From contig OZ361260.1 in the NCBI GenBank assembly GCA_977018835.1, forward strand, positions 2,418,001 to 2,482,000: a stretch of 64,000 bases of DNA, in the 5' to 3' direction. Position 1 is the first letter of the stretch. The number at the start of each line of letters is the position of its first letter. Below, piece after piece: positions 38,353 through 49,200 of the stretch. Made by a program: the position numbers and the translations under genes. The notes beneath the pieces were generated by a model. That model saw only the letters and a list, made by a program, of their open reading frames with translations, was not told the DNA's origin and ran no database searches. Source of the DNA: Minutocellus sp. GHC0000111. Its lineage: Eukaryota.

Positions 38353-38487
38353 GCGACGACTTCGACTCCAGTAGCATCGGCGTCCAAGAATATGGACCTC
38401 AATTCTTTGTCCGTGTACATGCACGTTAATGCATGCGACTTCGACTTCAGCCTCAGCGTCCAAGAACATGGACCTCAATTCTTTGTC
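38353..38487 (+). repeat. Imperfect ~55-bp direct repeat
   Basis: gacttcgact..gcgtccaagaa(t/c)atggacctcaattctttgtc occurs twice (~38353-38411 and ~38435-38487). Confidence 0.8.
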
Positions 38488-39363
38488 GAGCCTCCTCCTT
38501 TTGGGTTTCCCATTGGATATGAGCCAGACGGCACCCCAATTTATCCTTCTCCGCCGGAGGATTATGTTTATCCTGCCTATGGCGAGTGTTCCGTGCAAAA
38601 AGGCCTTGCTGCTCCCATCGATGAAGCTGGTACCACCACGACAAACTCAATCTATAGACAGTTCAGCTCCGACACTGTCAATGACTGCCTCGAAGAGATC
38701 ATGAAAAGCAACGCGATCAACGAATGCAATTCTACCACCTACGAGAATTGACATAACCTCGCTTCCCGTTGATTCTTTTCCACGTGAGTGGGAGGATGAG
38801 GCAATCAATCATTTCCTATTTTCTGAGGGATGTGAGCGATCTCTCCCATGGCACCCCAAGTAACTTTTCCAGACTTCGGTCCGTCACCTAGACTAGTGTG
38901 ATGCTGGCTCCCCCGGCCCGTCCTTAGGACAACTATGAATTCGGCCATGGGCGCGAACTGACCTCAGAACTGCGAGGTTAAGAGACTCTAGCCTGGCTCT
39001 TAATTTAATAGTTGTTCTAATTTTAATTAAATTTGAAATTCAATTTCAGTGCATTTGTATAATGATCTACTTTATGCTGAACGAAATTATTGATTGCAAG
39101 GGGCGGGCAGTGCGTTCGATAAGGACGTGCCCATTGCAGGAATACATACACACACATATATGTACCTAGGTATGTGTGTGTATCGCTCGGCGAAGTTCGT
39201 GATGTTGAGAGGAAGCTCTCGGAGAAAACAGCGCGGAGACCATAGACTCTTCTACTGGAAGTAAACATAAACATTCATTAAGTAAATTTGCATGTAGGGA
39301 TCCCTAGCAACATGTACCAGCATTTGATTTCTAGGTGGCGAAATATCCCATCGCAGCAGCGCC

Positions 39364-41421
39364 TTATAATCGTTCATATCCTTCCCCAGGCTCGACATCC
39401 TCCATTTCTTCATCTTCCATATGCAGTGATGATTGTGACACCTCGGGGTTCTCTTCCACCAAGCCTAAACCACGAGCCCTGGACTTGCTAACTACAAAAT
39501 CATTGGCATCCATCTCATGGTTGAGATCGTCCAGTTCCTTCGCTGCCTGTGCAGCCGCCGCTGCAGTACTGATACCCTTCCGATGAGCCACAACGCTCAT
39601 GCGATTCCGCAACGACGCACTTGGACGAGACTGCGCAGAACTGCTCGTTGAGTGCGAACCATGTGCTCGCTGGGGCTTCGGTGCGGCTTTTTTCCCGGGC
39701 ATGATGAATGTCGACCGCCTCCGGGAGTGGTTGAGACCCTCTTCGTCTCCGCCACAAAGCTCAATGACAAGTCGCCGAAGGATGTTGTAGCACTGCTCCA
39801 TGGTTGGTCTCTGACTAATGTCGGCCGACCACGAGCGTTCCACCATGTTCCTCAACTCAAACGGCCAAGACATGGGAATGCTGGGGCGGATGCCCTGACT
39901 GACCACCATCTCGGCATGCATGTTGCGATTGAAACCATCATACGGCTTGCTCAATGACAGCATCTCCCACAGCATGGTACCGAACGAATAGACATCGGCA
40001 GTGAGGTTGTACGGCTTTGACAGCGCAACTTCTGGCGCCATGTAGCGCAAACTTCCCGTGTTGCCACTCATCTTGTACGTGCTGCCACGGACACCGCCGA
40101 TCCGCTCGGATTCCTGTAATTCCTTGGCTAATCCAAAATCAAAAAGACGGATATCTCCTCGTACATCAAACCACAGGTTCTGTTGGTTGATACATGCAAG
40201 AGTAATGAGGAAAACAAGACTATTGAGCAATTGGTAGAAAAAATTGGCGCCAAAGAATAGAAAACCGCAAGAACCCCGTTCCCTACGAGCTCAAGCAAAA
40301 CTAAAAACTCACCTCTGGCTTTAGGTCTCTGAAAATAATGTCCCGATCATGAAGATACCGGAGCGCTCCGGCAATGTCGAAAGCAACGGTAAGACGTCGG
40401 ATGAGCAGGTCTTTTCTCTTGTCACCCTTGCGATCCTTCAATGGACCTTTGAGGAAACCCTTGTACTTCTTGGCCTCCTTCTTCCACACCTCGTGGATGC
40501 GAAATTCGAGCGTATCGTACAACCGATCCATCAGAACGAAGTAGGCACCCTCCATGCCCGTGGCGAAGGCCCGAACACCGTCGGCCGTGATGCCTCTCAT
40601 CTTGACGATGTTGGGATGCTCCAGGCAGCTGAGGAACTTGGCCTCCACGACCAGGTCAGCGGCACCGATGCGATACCGGCGAGGTTCGTGCATTACCTCC
40701 CTCCGGAGGAACTTGACGGCGTAGCGAGAATCACCATGATAAACCGAATCGACGATGGAGGCCACGGACCCCACGGAGGAATACCCATCCACCTGCCTCT
40801 GCGATCCGCCAGATGGTCGGATGCAGTGCAGCCGGATAAAGTCTCTGGCATCGGACTGGTACTTGATGTTGGCATCGATCTCCTCCGGGGTCATGCCCGA
40901 CCTGGCCCGATCGGACGAACTGGCGGCCTCCATCTCGGCACCGAGATAGGTCACCGGAGGATCGCTGCCGTTTTGATCGTGAATGTCGATGCCCGTCACC
41001 TCGTACACGTTGGAGAATCCCCCCGGCCCAACCGCTTGCCCAGCCGGATCTCGTGCATGGCGAAGCGGGGGATCTGTTCCTCCTTCTTGCGGTCCATTAC
41101 CTCGGAGTTTTGGGCCATCTTCTGCGCCGCTCTGGCCGCGAACCTCGCCGCCTTGAGTGCCGAGGAGGTCGAGCAGATACCGTAGTCCTCCGGTATGTGC
41201 TGAGGACGTTTGTGCGTTTCCAGGCTGCCATCGTATGTTTGCTCGTCTTTATCGGGTTGCTGCTGTTGCTGCTGCTGGCCATCTCGATACTCTTGCTTGG
41301 CTTCGAAGGTCACGTGTTCGCCGGACAATCGACGACCAGCGGCATCGGCCCCGAACGGAGACTCGCCGCCGGCATCATCCTTGCTTTCATGCCCGCCGTT
41401 CTCTGCGACAGCGCCGGCCAT
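39364..41421 (-). CDS. Ser/Thr (TKL-like, diatom-type) protein kinase, 2 exons, one homopolymer frameshift
   Basis: GRGGFSNVY needs one more G at 41019-41024. YAVKFL, HPNIV, FRDLKPE, intron 40312-40180, DFGLAKE, GSLRYMAPE. Confidence 0.88.
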
Positions 41422-42286
41422 GTTTGAGATACCTTTTGTCTGCTTTGTGGTCTTGGTAGATCGATATTGTTATAATTGTTGAAGGATGGAAACGACTTCG
41501 CCGATCGATGGATTGATGGGATTCCCCGAATGCAGAGTTTTTTGCCGTTTTCTGCTTTCTCGAAAGATGTGCTACGGGCGCAAACAGGCCTTGTGAACGA
41601 CAGCCCAGCGCTAGGAAAAAGATACTATCACGTATGCGAATGTAGTTATGGCACCTGACCTATTGCTTTATGCACATACGAGTAGATCCAAAGGCCAAGG
41701 AGCCTTCGGCTTCCTCTTCTTGTCTTCTTGTGCGGCGGTGTGTTCGAGCGTTGGGCCGCCGTCGATCATCCTGAAAGGAGGGTTTTTGCAAAAAGAAGGG
41801 GGAGCCCGGTCATTGAATTAGGGCATAATTCATTTGCGGCGGCAGCGAAAAAATGGGATTGCCGGCAGATACGGGCCCCGTGTAGACCATGGTCTGTATC
41901 ACCAGCTGCGCATCATCAGAACAACAATCGCGGTATCTTTGTCCCGTGCGCGACATGTTAGTGAGGCCGGGCAAAGCCGCCGTGCGGATGGTTGTCCGTC
42001 ACTGCCGGGGATTATTTTTGTTGACAACCCCAAACCACCCCATCGAACCACCGAGGACATTTGCCCGACGTTAGGTCGTGGCTACCTAAGCCCCTTGCGA
42101 TGGTTCTTAGCCGCGGCTCTTTTTCCTGTTGAAGAAACTTCTTCGATCGTGATGGCTTATTGACATTGCCGTTCGCAAGCACAGCAGCAGCAAGGGCACC
42201 ACAGAGAGAGACGATGCACCATCGTCTCATAAAAACAAAAAGATATCAGTATCATCACCGTCAACTATCGTCCAACTACATCAACA

Positions 42287-42817
42287 ATGAAGATCCCTCT
42301 TATTACCATCCTTGCTTTGTCTGCCATTGCAGCTGAGGCTCGTACCTATCCTACTCCTCTAACTGACCCAACCCCTCCCACTGATCGCACTCCCACGACT
42401 ACTCGCTCGACGCTTCGCTCTCCCACTCCCGGCACTTCTCCCAGCACCACCACGACTACGACGACCACGACCAGCAATTCGACGGATGACTCGACCAGTA
42501 CCAGCAGCACTTCCAAGAGTACTAGTCGTAGTCAGTGTGGACGTAGGCGTGGCTGCAGTTACCACAAGTACAAGTGCTGCGACTGCGTCGATGACTGCGA
42601 GAAGAGCAAGACCAAGTCGAGCAGTCGTAGCACCACGAAGAGTACTCCCAAGTCGAGTACCAAGAAGTCGACTGGATCGAGCGACCTCAACAGCAGCGAG
42701 TTTGACTGCGTCAAGGACAAGTGCAAGGAGAAGTGCCGCAAGGCCGACGACTGCGTCTACGACAAGAAGAAGAAGTGGAAGAAGGTCATTGAAAATAAGT
42801 GTGGCTACGACATTTAG
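42287..42817 (+). CDS. Small secreted Thr/Ser-rich, Cys/Lys-rich protein
   Basis: Signal peptide MKIPLITILALSAIAAEA, a T/S/P tract, K/S repeats, about 11 Cys and strong codon bias. Confidence 0.75.
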   Translation: MKIPLITILALSAIAAEARTYPTPLTDPTPPTDRTPTTTRSTLRSPTPGTSPSTTTTTTTTTSNSTDDSTSTSSTSKSTSRSQCGRRRGCSYHKYKCCDCVDDCEKSKTKSSSRSTTKSTPKSSTKKSTGSSDLNSSEFDCVKDKCKEKCRKADDCVYDKKKKWKKVIENKCGYDI

Positions 42818-43287
42818 ATTCGGTCCACACGAACACTAGTTAGAGATTCAAGATGCAATGATTGGTTGACTTACTGATTGGTTGATTGACTTATTGTTAG
42901 AGAAACGTATGGCTTGTGTGCATTATACCGATGATCTTGACTTAGAGTATTGGTTATATATATATTGGGTTTGCTATGATTTTATAAAAATGTTGCTTGA
43001 TGGACTGCAAAAAATAAAACAAAAAAACTTGGACAATTAGAAAATATGCTTTTGCGGCACTGGTTTGGATTGTTCCTGCGCACTAACATAAAAATAAGTT
43101 GTTTGATTACGATTGTGTTCTTTTAAAATTAGTCATAGCTGACATTGACAAAAGGCCACCCGTTCGTGTATCCTTCTGTACAGCCGTCCTCTCTAATTTC
43201 GTATGTAGCGAGCAAACAGTTTCGAAATGAAGCGGAAATCAATGAGTGAGACAACGGTTGCATTGGCTTGCTCCACCGTTCCTAGTT

Positions 43288-43899
43288 TTACTGGCCGACG
43301 GCAGCCGGATTGTTGGAAGGCGCTTGCCCGGTGCCGCGGTGTGCGTGAATAATCTTCCAGCAATTGGAAGGGCTCTTCTCTAGCACCATGGTCCACTTCG
43401 CGATGTCGTCGTTCTCCTTTCCTTTGTAGTTGAAGACGGAGTGCTGAGTGAAAGTGACGACCGCAGCATGACCTTCGGCGAAGATTCTGCAAGAATTAAA
43501 GGAAACGATTTCCATCGACTTCGCTGTAATATCTCCACTTGAGATCATGTCGAGGATGGTGCTTGGGCTTGCGGGGTTGCCCGAGGGACGAATAAAGAGG
43601 GTGTCATCGTCCATGCCCATCTGATCACAAAAGTGATGCCATTTCGACCGAGTCTGGTCCTTGGGCGCAATGCTTACATCGAACCAGCTCTGCTCAGAAT
43701 AACGAGGATTAGATGGAAGGATGTAACAAAATTACGAATGAGGAAAGACCTCCAGCGAACCGAATGATTACAACGAATTGCTTCTTTCTGCGAACCAGCA
43801 CCAGACGAAAAGAAAAAGAAATTACGTGTAAACGAAACTCGGACGTACCTTGTTGAAAGATTCAACGACACTATGAATTTCAGCCTCGAAAGGATCCAT
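43288..43899 (-). CDS. NTF2/SnoaL-fold protein, DUF3804-like, 2 exons
   Basis: Exon 1 43899-43849 (MDPFEAEIHSVVESFNK) and intron 43848-43690 keep the frame. Motifs FIRPSGNP, FNYKGKENDD and WKIIHAHRGTG. Confidence 0.7.
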
Positions 43900-44060
43900 G
43901 TTGAAGAATTAAGTGCGAATGATGAGGCAAAAAGGAATCAATTTGCTGGAAGTTGCAAAGTGAAAGATATGAAGTTGATTGCTGGGAAGAAGGTTCGCGC
44001 ATCAAACAAAGATCTTGTCCGCGCGCGCGCTTTTTCATCTGGCACCAAATCCCCGGTATT

Positions 44061-44933
44061 TTATTTTCCGGGCTCTTGACCCCCCTCAATACATCGCTCT
44101 GCCAAAACAAGAAGTTGCATTCCACCACCATCCCCATCATCTCCCCATACACTCGCAATATTGTCTTTTACATGGCAACGCAACTCCTGTCCAAGACGTC
44201 CTGGAGCCACATATTGAACGAGCAATGTCGAGGGGGATGACACGGATAGATCTGCCTCCGGGCATTCCGCCAAGAACAGGGCATGCGCTGCCGTTTCGGC
44301 TAAAAACGCATGGTCCACGTGATCTCCATGGTTGATGTGCTGCGGGCCCACGGTAACCACCAGTACTTCATCTCCTGCTGATGAGCGATCGCTTGCCATA
44401 TCTTTGCTGATTCTGGCACTGAGCTGATTCACTGTCGGTATGGCATGATCAAAACGAGTCACTCCATCCCAGTCATTATCAACAATAAAGGTGGATGATC
44501 TCTCTTCTTCTGTAATCTTCATGGGCCTTCTAGTCTCCAAATCAATTCTCACAAACACTCTCGAACAAGTTGCCAAAACAAGCTCGTTCAAAGTAATGGC
44601 ACCTCCAAACGTTATTGAAGATCCTTGTCCAGCTTTAGCGACCCAAACGTGAGACTTTGCCGCGGAATGATTGGCGGGATCATGTAACTTGTCTAGCAAA
44701 ACTGGACCATGAGGAAATGTTGTCACGGCCTGACCAACACAATAAATATCAACTCCTGTGCTCTGCGATGGCCGAGGAAGGAGGCCGGTGGTATGAAGAT
44801 GGTGGTCGAGAAGTCGAAGAGCCGCCGAGTGCCGTATCGACGAGCAGCCCATGGCAAGGTCCGAGGAGATACGCACAGTCGCAGGGGCCTCCAATAATGG
44901 TGGCTTTGTGATTGGCACTTTTGACGACGTCAT
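44061..44933 (-). CDS. Putative HotDog-fold thioesterase-like protein
   Basis: Open frame with GSSITF..LATCSRVFVRIDLETRRP and VGPQHINHGDHVDHA, resembling acyl-thioesterase HotDog repeats. Start uncertain. Confidence 0.5.
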   Translation of the reverse strand: MTSSKVPITKPPLLEAPATVRISSDLAMGCSSIRHSAALRLLDHHLHTTGLLPRPSQSTGVDIYCVGQAVTTFPHGPVLLDKLHDPANHSAAKSHVWVAKAGQGSSITFGGAITLNELVLATCSRVFVRIDLETRRPMKITEEERSSTFIVDNDWDGVTRFDHAIPTVNQLSARISKDMASDRSSAGDEVLVVTVGPQHINHGDHVDHAFLAETAAHALFLAECPEADLSVSSPSTLLVQYVAPGRLGQELRCHVKDNIASVWGDDGDGGGMQLLVLAERCIEGGQEPGK

Positions 44934-45502
44934 GCGTTTGGCGCTCATGCAAGCGTTGTTGCAAAGTGGGCCTACTCTGTGAGAGCAACAAGAAGACAGC
45001 AAGGTGGGCATGCGTCGAGCAGTGAATGCTGATGCCACGACTCTCATTCTCTTTGCGAGAGCGCTGTGTGCTAACTTGCCCCTGCGTGCGCTACTGCTAT
45101 TACGATCACACAACTCTAACTAGCTAACTAGCAAGCGACGCAGATATCGTACGCGCGAAGGTGTGGGCGTGAATACTATTGAGAAGAATGAGGCACAATA
45201 CAGTCAAAGCAGGCGATCGACGATACGACGAACGAACTGACGCGAGGCATGCAACGAGGCAACGCCAGCCATCTCAGCTGGATCAGACGATACGGTCGAT
45301 GGACAGACAAGAATTTTCGTCTTGCAGAAAAGCAACAACAACAAACATCATCATTTTGAGCACCATCGTTTGACCCATGCACATATTTATACCACTGGTT
45401 CATGTGCCTAATACTGCACAAGTTATGTAATCAAATGCAAAGGTGATTGATTGTTCACTTTAGAATTTCGTCGTCAACAGAGTTTGTTAGCGAGCGAGCG
45501 AG

Positions 45503-45619
45503 ATGGCTGATGATGGTACATCAACCGCAAGAGATGGATTCATCATCAACAAGATCACAACATCTGCGTGTATGTAATGAAGAATCGTCTCTTGTAGCGT
45601 CATTCACCGTTCATACCAT
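45503..45619 (-). promoter_or_regulatory. Candidate SECIS element (non-canonical apical region)
   Basis: Minus strand, ~40 nt after the stop: lower helix, ATGAC (45603-45599), helix gctacaagaga/tctcttgcggt, TGAT (45523-45520), long apical stem, no apical AA. Confidence 0.6.
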
Positions 45620-45659
45620 TGCGCACAAATCCCAAACCCGTTTCAGACTTTTCGATTAT

Positions 45660-46442
45660 TTATGCATTGGCCTTGGCAACCTCGAGCACCTCGTTCAAGT
45701 CTGGGTGGTCGCCAGGCAACCGATCATTCCACTGATACACAACATCGTCTCCCTTGACGATGAATGTGCCGCCGAGCCGCAGGACGCCCTCGGGTACCTC
45801 TCCAAATTTCATATCAGGATGGATCGGGCTGATCTTGGCCACGTTGCTCATGTACTTCCATGCGCCTTTCCACCCACCCAGGTCGGGTGCTGTCATTTTC
45901 ACCTGCTTTGCGATCTCGGGATCCTGTTCATCGAATCGACCGAATCCAACCTGCTTGTATGCTCCGAAGGTATAATCGTCCACGAATGCTTGATCTCTTG
46001 GTATGTAGTCATTGAGATCCAGGAAGGTATTGAGCTTCTCGGCATCCCCAATGCTTACAAAGATGGGACCCGCAATGCCCTTCTCTTCTAATTCTTGTTG
46101 GAGCTCACACCACTCACGGGCGTAGCTCCAACAGTAAGGTCACCCCATGTGACGAAGGAATACAACGACCGATGTCCCTGTTCCCATGGCTTCGCCGAGC
46201 TGAACAAAGTCGCCCTCCGCGTTCGTAACGACGTTCGAACGAAGAAGCTGTGCCGAGCAGGGCTGCGAAGTAAGGTCAGGGGCAGCATCGACTCCCTCGG
46301 GCATGGCACATGGCGTCGTCGATTCCTCAGTGGACTGCAACGGACCAGCGGCAGCTGATCGAGCTACACCATAGGAGGGCGAGACGAAGGCGCTCCCCGT
46401 AGCGCAGATGGCTGCCGCCACGACGGGCAGGAGGAGCTTCAT
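45660..46442 (-). CDS. Plastid-targeted AhpC/TSA-type (PRXL2/SelU-like) redoxin, probable selenoprotein (UPYC)
   Basis: The two predicted ORFs are in one frame across TGA 46140-46142: VVFLRHMG-U-PYCWSYAREW. C-terminal LGGTFIV..DRLPGDHP; GSA-FV plastid signal. Confidence 0.85.
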
Positions 46443-46618
46443 TGTTGCAGGAAGAAATAATAATGACGACGGCCGTCTCCGTCGCGTCGACACAGCAGAG
46501 GCGCCGTCTGCGTCAGAAGACGTGCGTACGTACGTTTTCGTAGAAAGTACGTACGTAGCATGTGCGTGCTGACTCTGACGGACCTGACTTGCTCATTTTT
46601 TTCTCATTTTCCTCGACC

Positions 46619-47197
46619 ATGACCATGTTTGCCGCTGCCGCGCGAGTGGGACGTCGCCGTACTTGGTTGGTTGCCAGCCGTAGTGGTAAGCGTAATTTGG
46701 CTTCTGCTTCGGCCGGCGGACCGGAACGAGCCACCGAGACCGGCTCCACCTGGAAACGTCTCCGCTCCAACGGCACCCCCGAAATTGTGTTTGGTGCCGG
46801 CCTTCTGACTCTGCTGGCTGCCGACCAGTTCCTGCAATCTCAGCAGGAGGCGCAGCACAAGTCGGATCGTGAGGCCGTGTTCAAGCGGCTGCAACATGAT
46901 GTCGACGCAGACATGGCCAAGGAACGGTCGGAGGGACATACGCTCTCGTTGGAGGAGGAGTCCAGCAAGCCCAGCCTCTTTCAGTGCAGAGTAATGGCGG
47001 TGCCGAAATATTTTGATGGGACCAAGAGTTTGATGGGAGTTGAGGTCGGCGACGTGGTGGATGTGTTGGAGGAGCAAGTTGGACCCGGCGGTACGTACAA
47101 TTTATGTCGATTGGTTCGGCAGGAGAATGAAATGCAAGAAAGCGTCATCAGTGTCGGTTGGTACCCCATGAGCTGTCTTGAGAAGCTGAAGTCTTAA
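46619..47197 (+). CDS. Single-TM protein with C-terminal SH3-like domain, putative mitochondrial presequence
   Basis: Arg-rich N-terminus, hydrophobic IVFGAGLLTLLAA, then VGDVVDVLEE..GWYPMSCL (SH3-like). Confidence 0.6.
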   Translation: MTMFAAAARVGRRRTWLVASRSGKRNLASASAGGPERATETGSTWKRLRSNGTPEIVFGAGLLTLLAADQFLQSQQEAQHKSDREAVFKRLQHDVDADMAKERSEGHTLSLEEESSKPSLFQCRVMAVPKYFDGTKSLMGVEVGDVVDVLEEQVGPGGTYNLCRLVRQENEMQESVISVGWYPMSCLEKLKS

Positions 47198-47308
47198 TGA
47201 AATTGCACACATATGTACACGTCTATATATTGAATATCTATCGGCGAATTTCTCCAATTAAACATGAAAATAGCAAACGTCTACCTGCATACAATTAATT
47301 GTCGCCTG

Positions 47309-48622
47309 TCATCTTCGCTTTCCCATTACCCCACTCTCACCAGCCTCAACAATATCCTCAATAGTTCGACTTTCAAGTTCCAAAGCTTTTAGCAGCTCGT
47401 TCTCCTTGTCGAAGTCACGCCCATATAGCGCCGAAACTATTCTGATGCCTGCCTCGTGCAATATGGCCGGTCTACCCACCATTCTACCTAGTTCAACGAT
47501 GAGAGTCAATCCAAATGGAACATCTTCGGTCACATACCGTGAGTCTGGCGAGGCTGGACCATTCACGTCATTGCCCAGCTTCACCATCTCCTGGTTCATC
47601 TCATATACGCTCGCGAGCGCCACGTGGAAACTGAGCGAGAAGTGTTCTCGCACGGTTAGTACCTGCACTCCAACTGCGTCGGCAATGGCTAGCCGCTCTT
47701 CGTCCAATGCCTCCATGAATCTTCCTACATTGGGAGTGATGTTCAGCCCCTGACTCCATGTTTCTCCCCTCTCCATACGTGACATATTACAAAGCGCTAT
47801 TGCAAGATGATTCTGTGCATTCAAATTGCTGAGAGATATTGCGAGCAGTCCATCTCGTTGCCGAAACACATCTCCGAACAAGGATTTGCATAATTCCATT
47901 CCATCTTCAGATGCAGATGTGGGCACAGTGCACATATCCACCTGTGTTCGGACGGTACAGACCTGGACCTCAGAACCTGACGGTCGACGAGCCGTAATGG
48001 CAGTTGTACCCCAAGCCACAATCGGCACCCCCTCCATTTCGCGGTCTGCCAAAAGCTGTCCCAAATACAAAGCTCCCAGCGACGAGTGGGAAGATATGAT
48101 GATTGTTTGGTCTGACCGGATATGTGGTGCAATGGCATCCATAACAGAGATGTGACCGTTGGCTGGAAGGGCCAGCAATATCACATCATTCTCTTCCACT
48201 AATTGTTGGGCCGTCGTGGCAATTCGCGGGCGCAGGGATGATTCGATTGCACCTGAGGAAAGCAATGGTGAGCCTGAGATGAGATCGCTGGTCGAAGCTC
48301 CAGATGGTGACCAGAGCATTGGATCATGTGAGTTCTCCACCAACCGAGCGGCACTTCCAAAGGCCACGGCGCCAGCCCCTGCTATTCCGACCTTGATGCC
48401 GGTTGCTGCAGAGAGCTGCGTTGGTGATTGTGATGATGGTGATGATGATGATGCGCATGCGGATCTACATCGATGACGTATGAGAATTGATGGGGGATCG
48501 GGAGAGGAGGCACGCTGTCCTCTGCGTTGTTTTGGCGGCACAAATGCACATGATAAGTCAAGAAATAGGCATGTAAATGATGCCGTGAGTAGAAGGTTCG
48601 CCAAGCATCTGCGGTGCGTCAT
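47309..48622 (-). CDS. NAD(P)-dependent opine (octopine/nopaline) dehydrogenase family, plastid-targeted
   Basis: GIAGAGAVA Rossmann motif, SNLNAQNH, LDEERLAIA, SRYVTEDVPFGL; SCA-FVP signal. Intronless 437 aa. Confidence 0.85.
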   Translation of the reverse strand: MTHRRCLANLLLTASFTCLFLDLSCAFVPPKQRRGQRASSPDPPSILIRHRCRSACASSSSPSSQSPTQLSAATGIKVGIAGAGAVAFGSAARLVENSHDPMLWSPSGASTSDLISGSPLLSSGAIESSLRPRIATTAQQLVEENDVILLALPANGHISVMDAIAPHIRSDQTIIISSHSSLGALYLGQLLADREMEGVPIVAWGTTAITARRPSGSEVQVCTVRTQVDMCTVPTSASEDGMELCKSLFGDVFRQRDGLLAISLSNLNAQNHLAIALCNMSRMERGETWSQGLNITPNVGRFMEALDEERLAIADAVGVQVLTVREHFSLSFHVALASVYEMNQEMVKLGNDVNGPASPDSRYVTEDVPFGLTLIVELGRMVGRPAILHEAGIRIVSALYGRDFDKENELLKALELESRTIEDIVEAGESGVMGKRR

Positions 48623-49200
48623 CGTGGATGGTGGCTGATGCCGATACCGCTCCGTACTGGAATGCGGAACTGAGCAGGTGCTTGTGTCTTCATCAGTCGA
48701 TCGAGTCTTTCTTACATTAGCCCCTGTGACGTCAAATTCCTCGAAAACTTCCGGAAGCAGGGATCAAAACCATGCGGCCAAGGAACACACTCCAATCCGA
48801 TTGTGCAGAACATTGGCGTCGCCATAACTACTCACTATCCAACAACAATTTGGTGCAGTGTTTTGCAGTAGTAGTACCAAGCCAATAAAGTGCAAGAGGA
48901 TTGACGGCATCGAATAACTGACATCTCGTGCGTTGATCTATTTCCTTGTCGAAAGTAGCACGAAAAAATGACATCCACCCCGCCCAAATCTCCCGTCCTC
49001 GCCGCCAAGAAGAGGCTGTCATCCCTGCGCTCGGGCTTGGACATGAGTTTCCACTCCGTCATGAATCTCATGCACAGCCATGACGTGAGTTCTAAGATTG
49101 TCGTACCTTTCCGTTGATTTAGGCTCTGGCTTGCGTGTTTATCTCACATTTTCACATTCTACTTTGCCCCACACAATAACATGTGCCACAAATAAATCGA

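Noticed and set aside
42012..42230. 72-aa minus-strand ORF with a signal-peptide-like start
   Set aside because: Short, only 56 bp from the divergent ATG, and with no supportable downstream exon.
45365..45405. Alternative SECIS candidate ATGAA..AAA on the minus strand
   Set aside because: Helix II pairs poorly and there is no correctly placed 3' GA.
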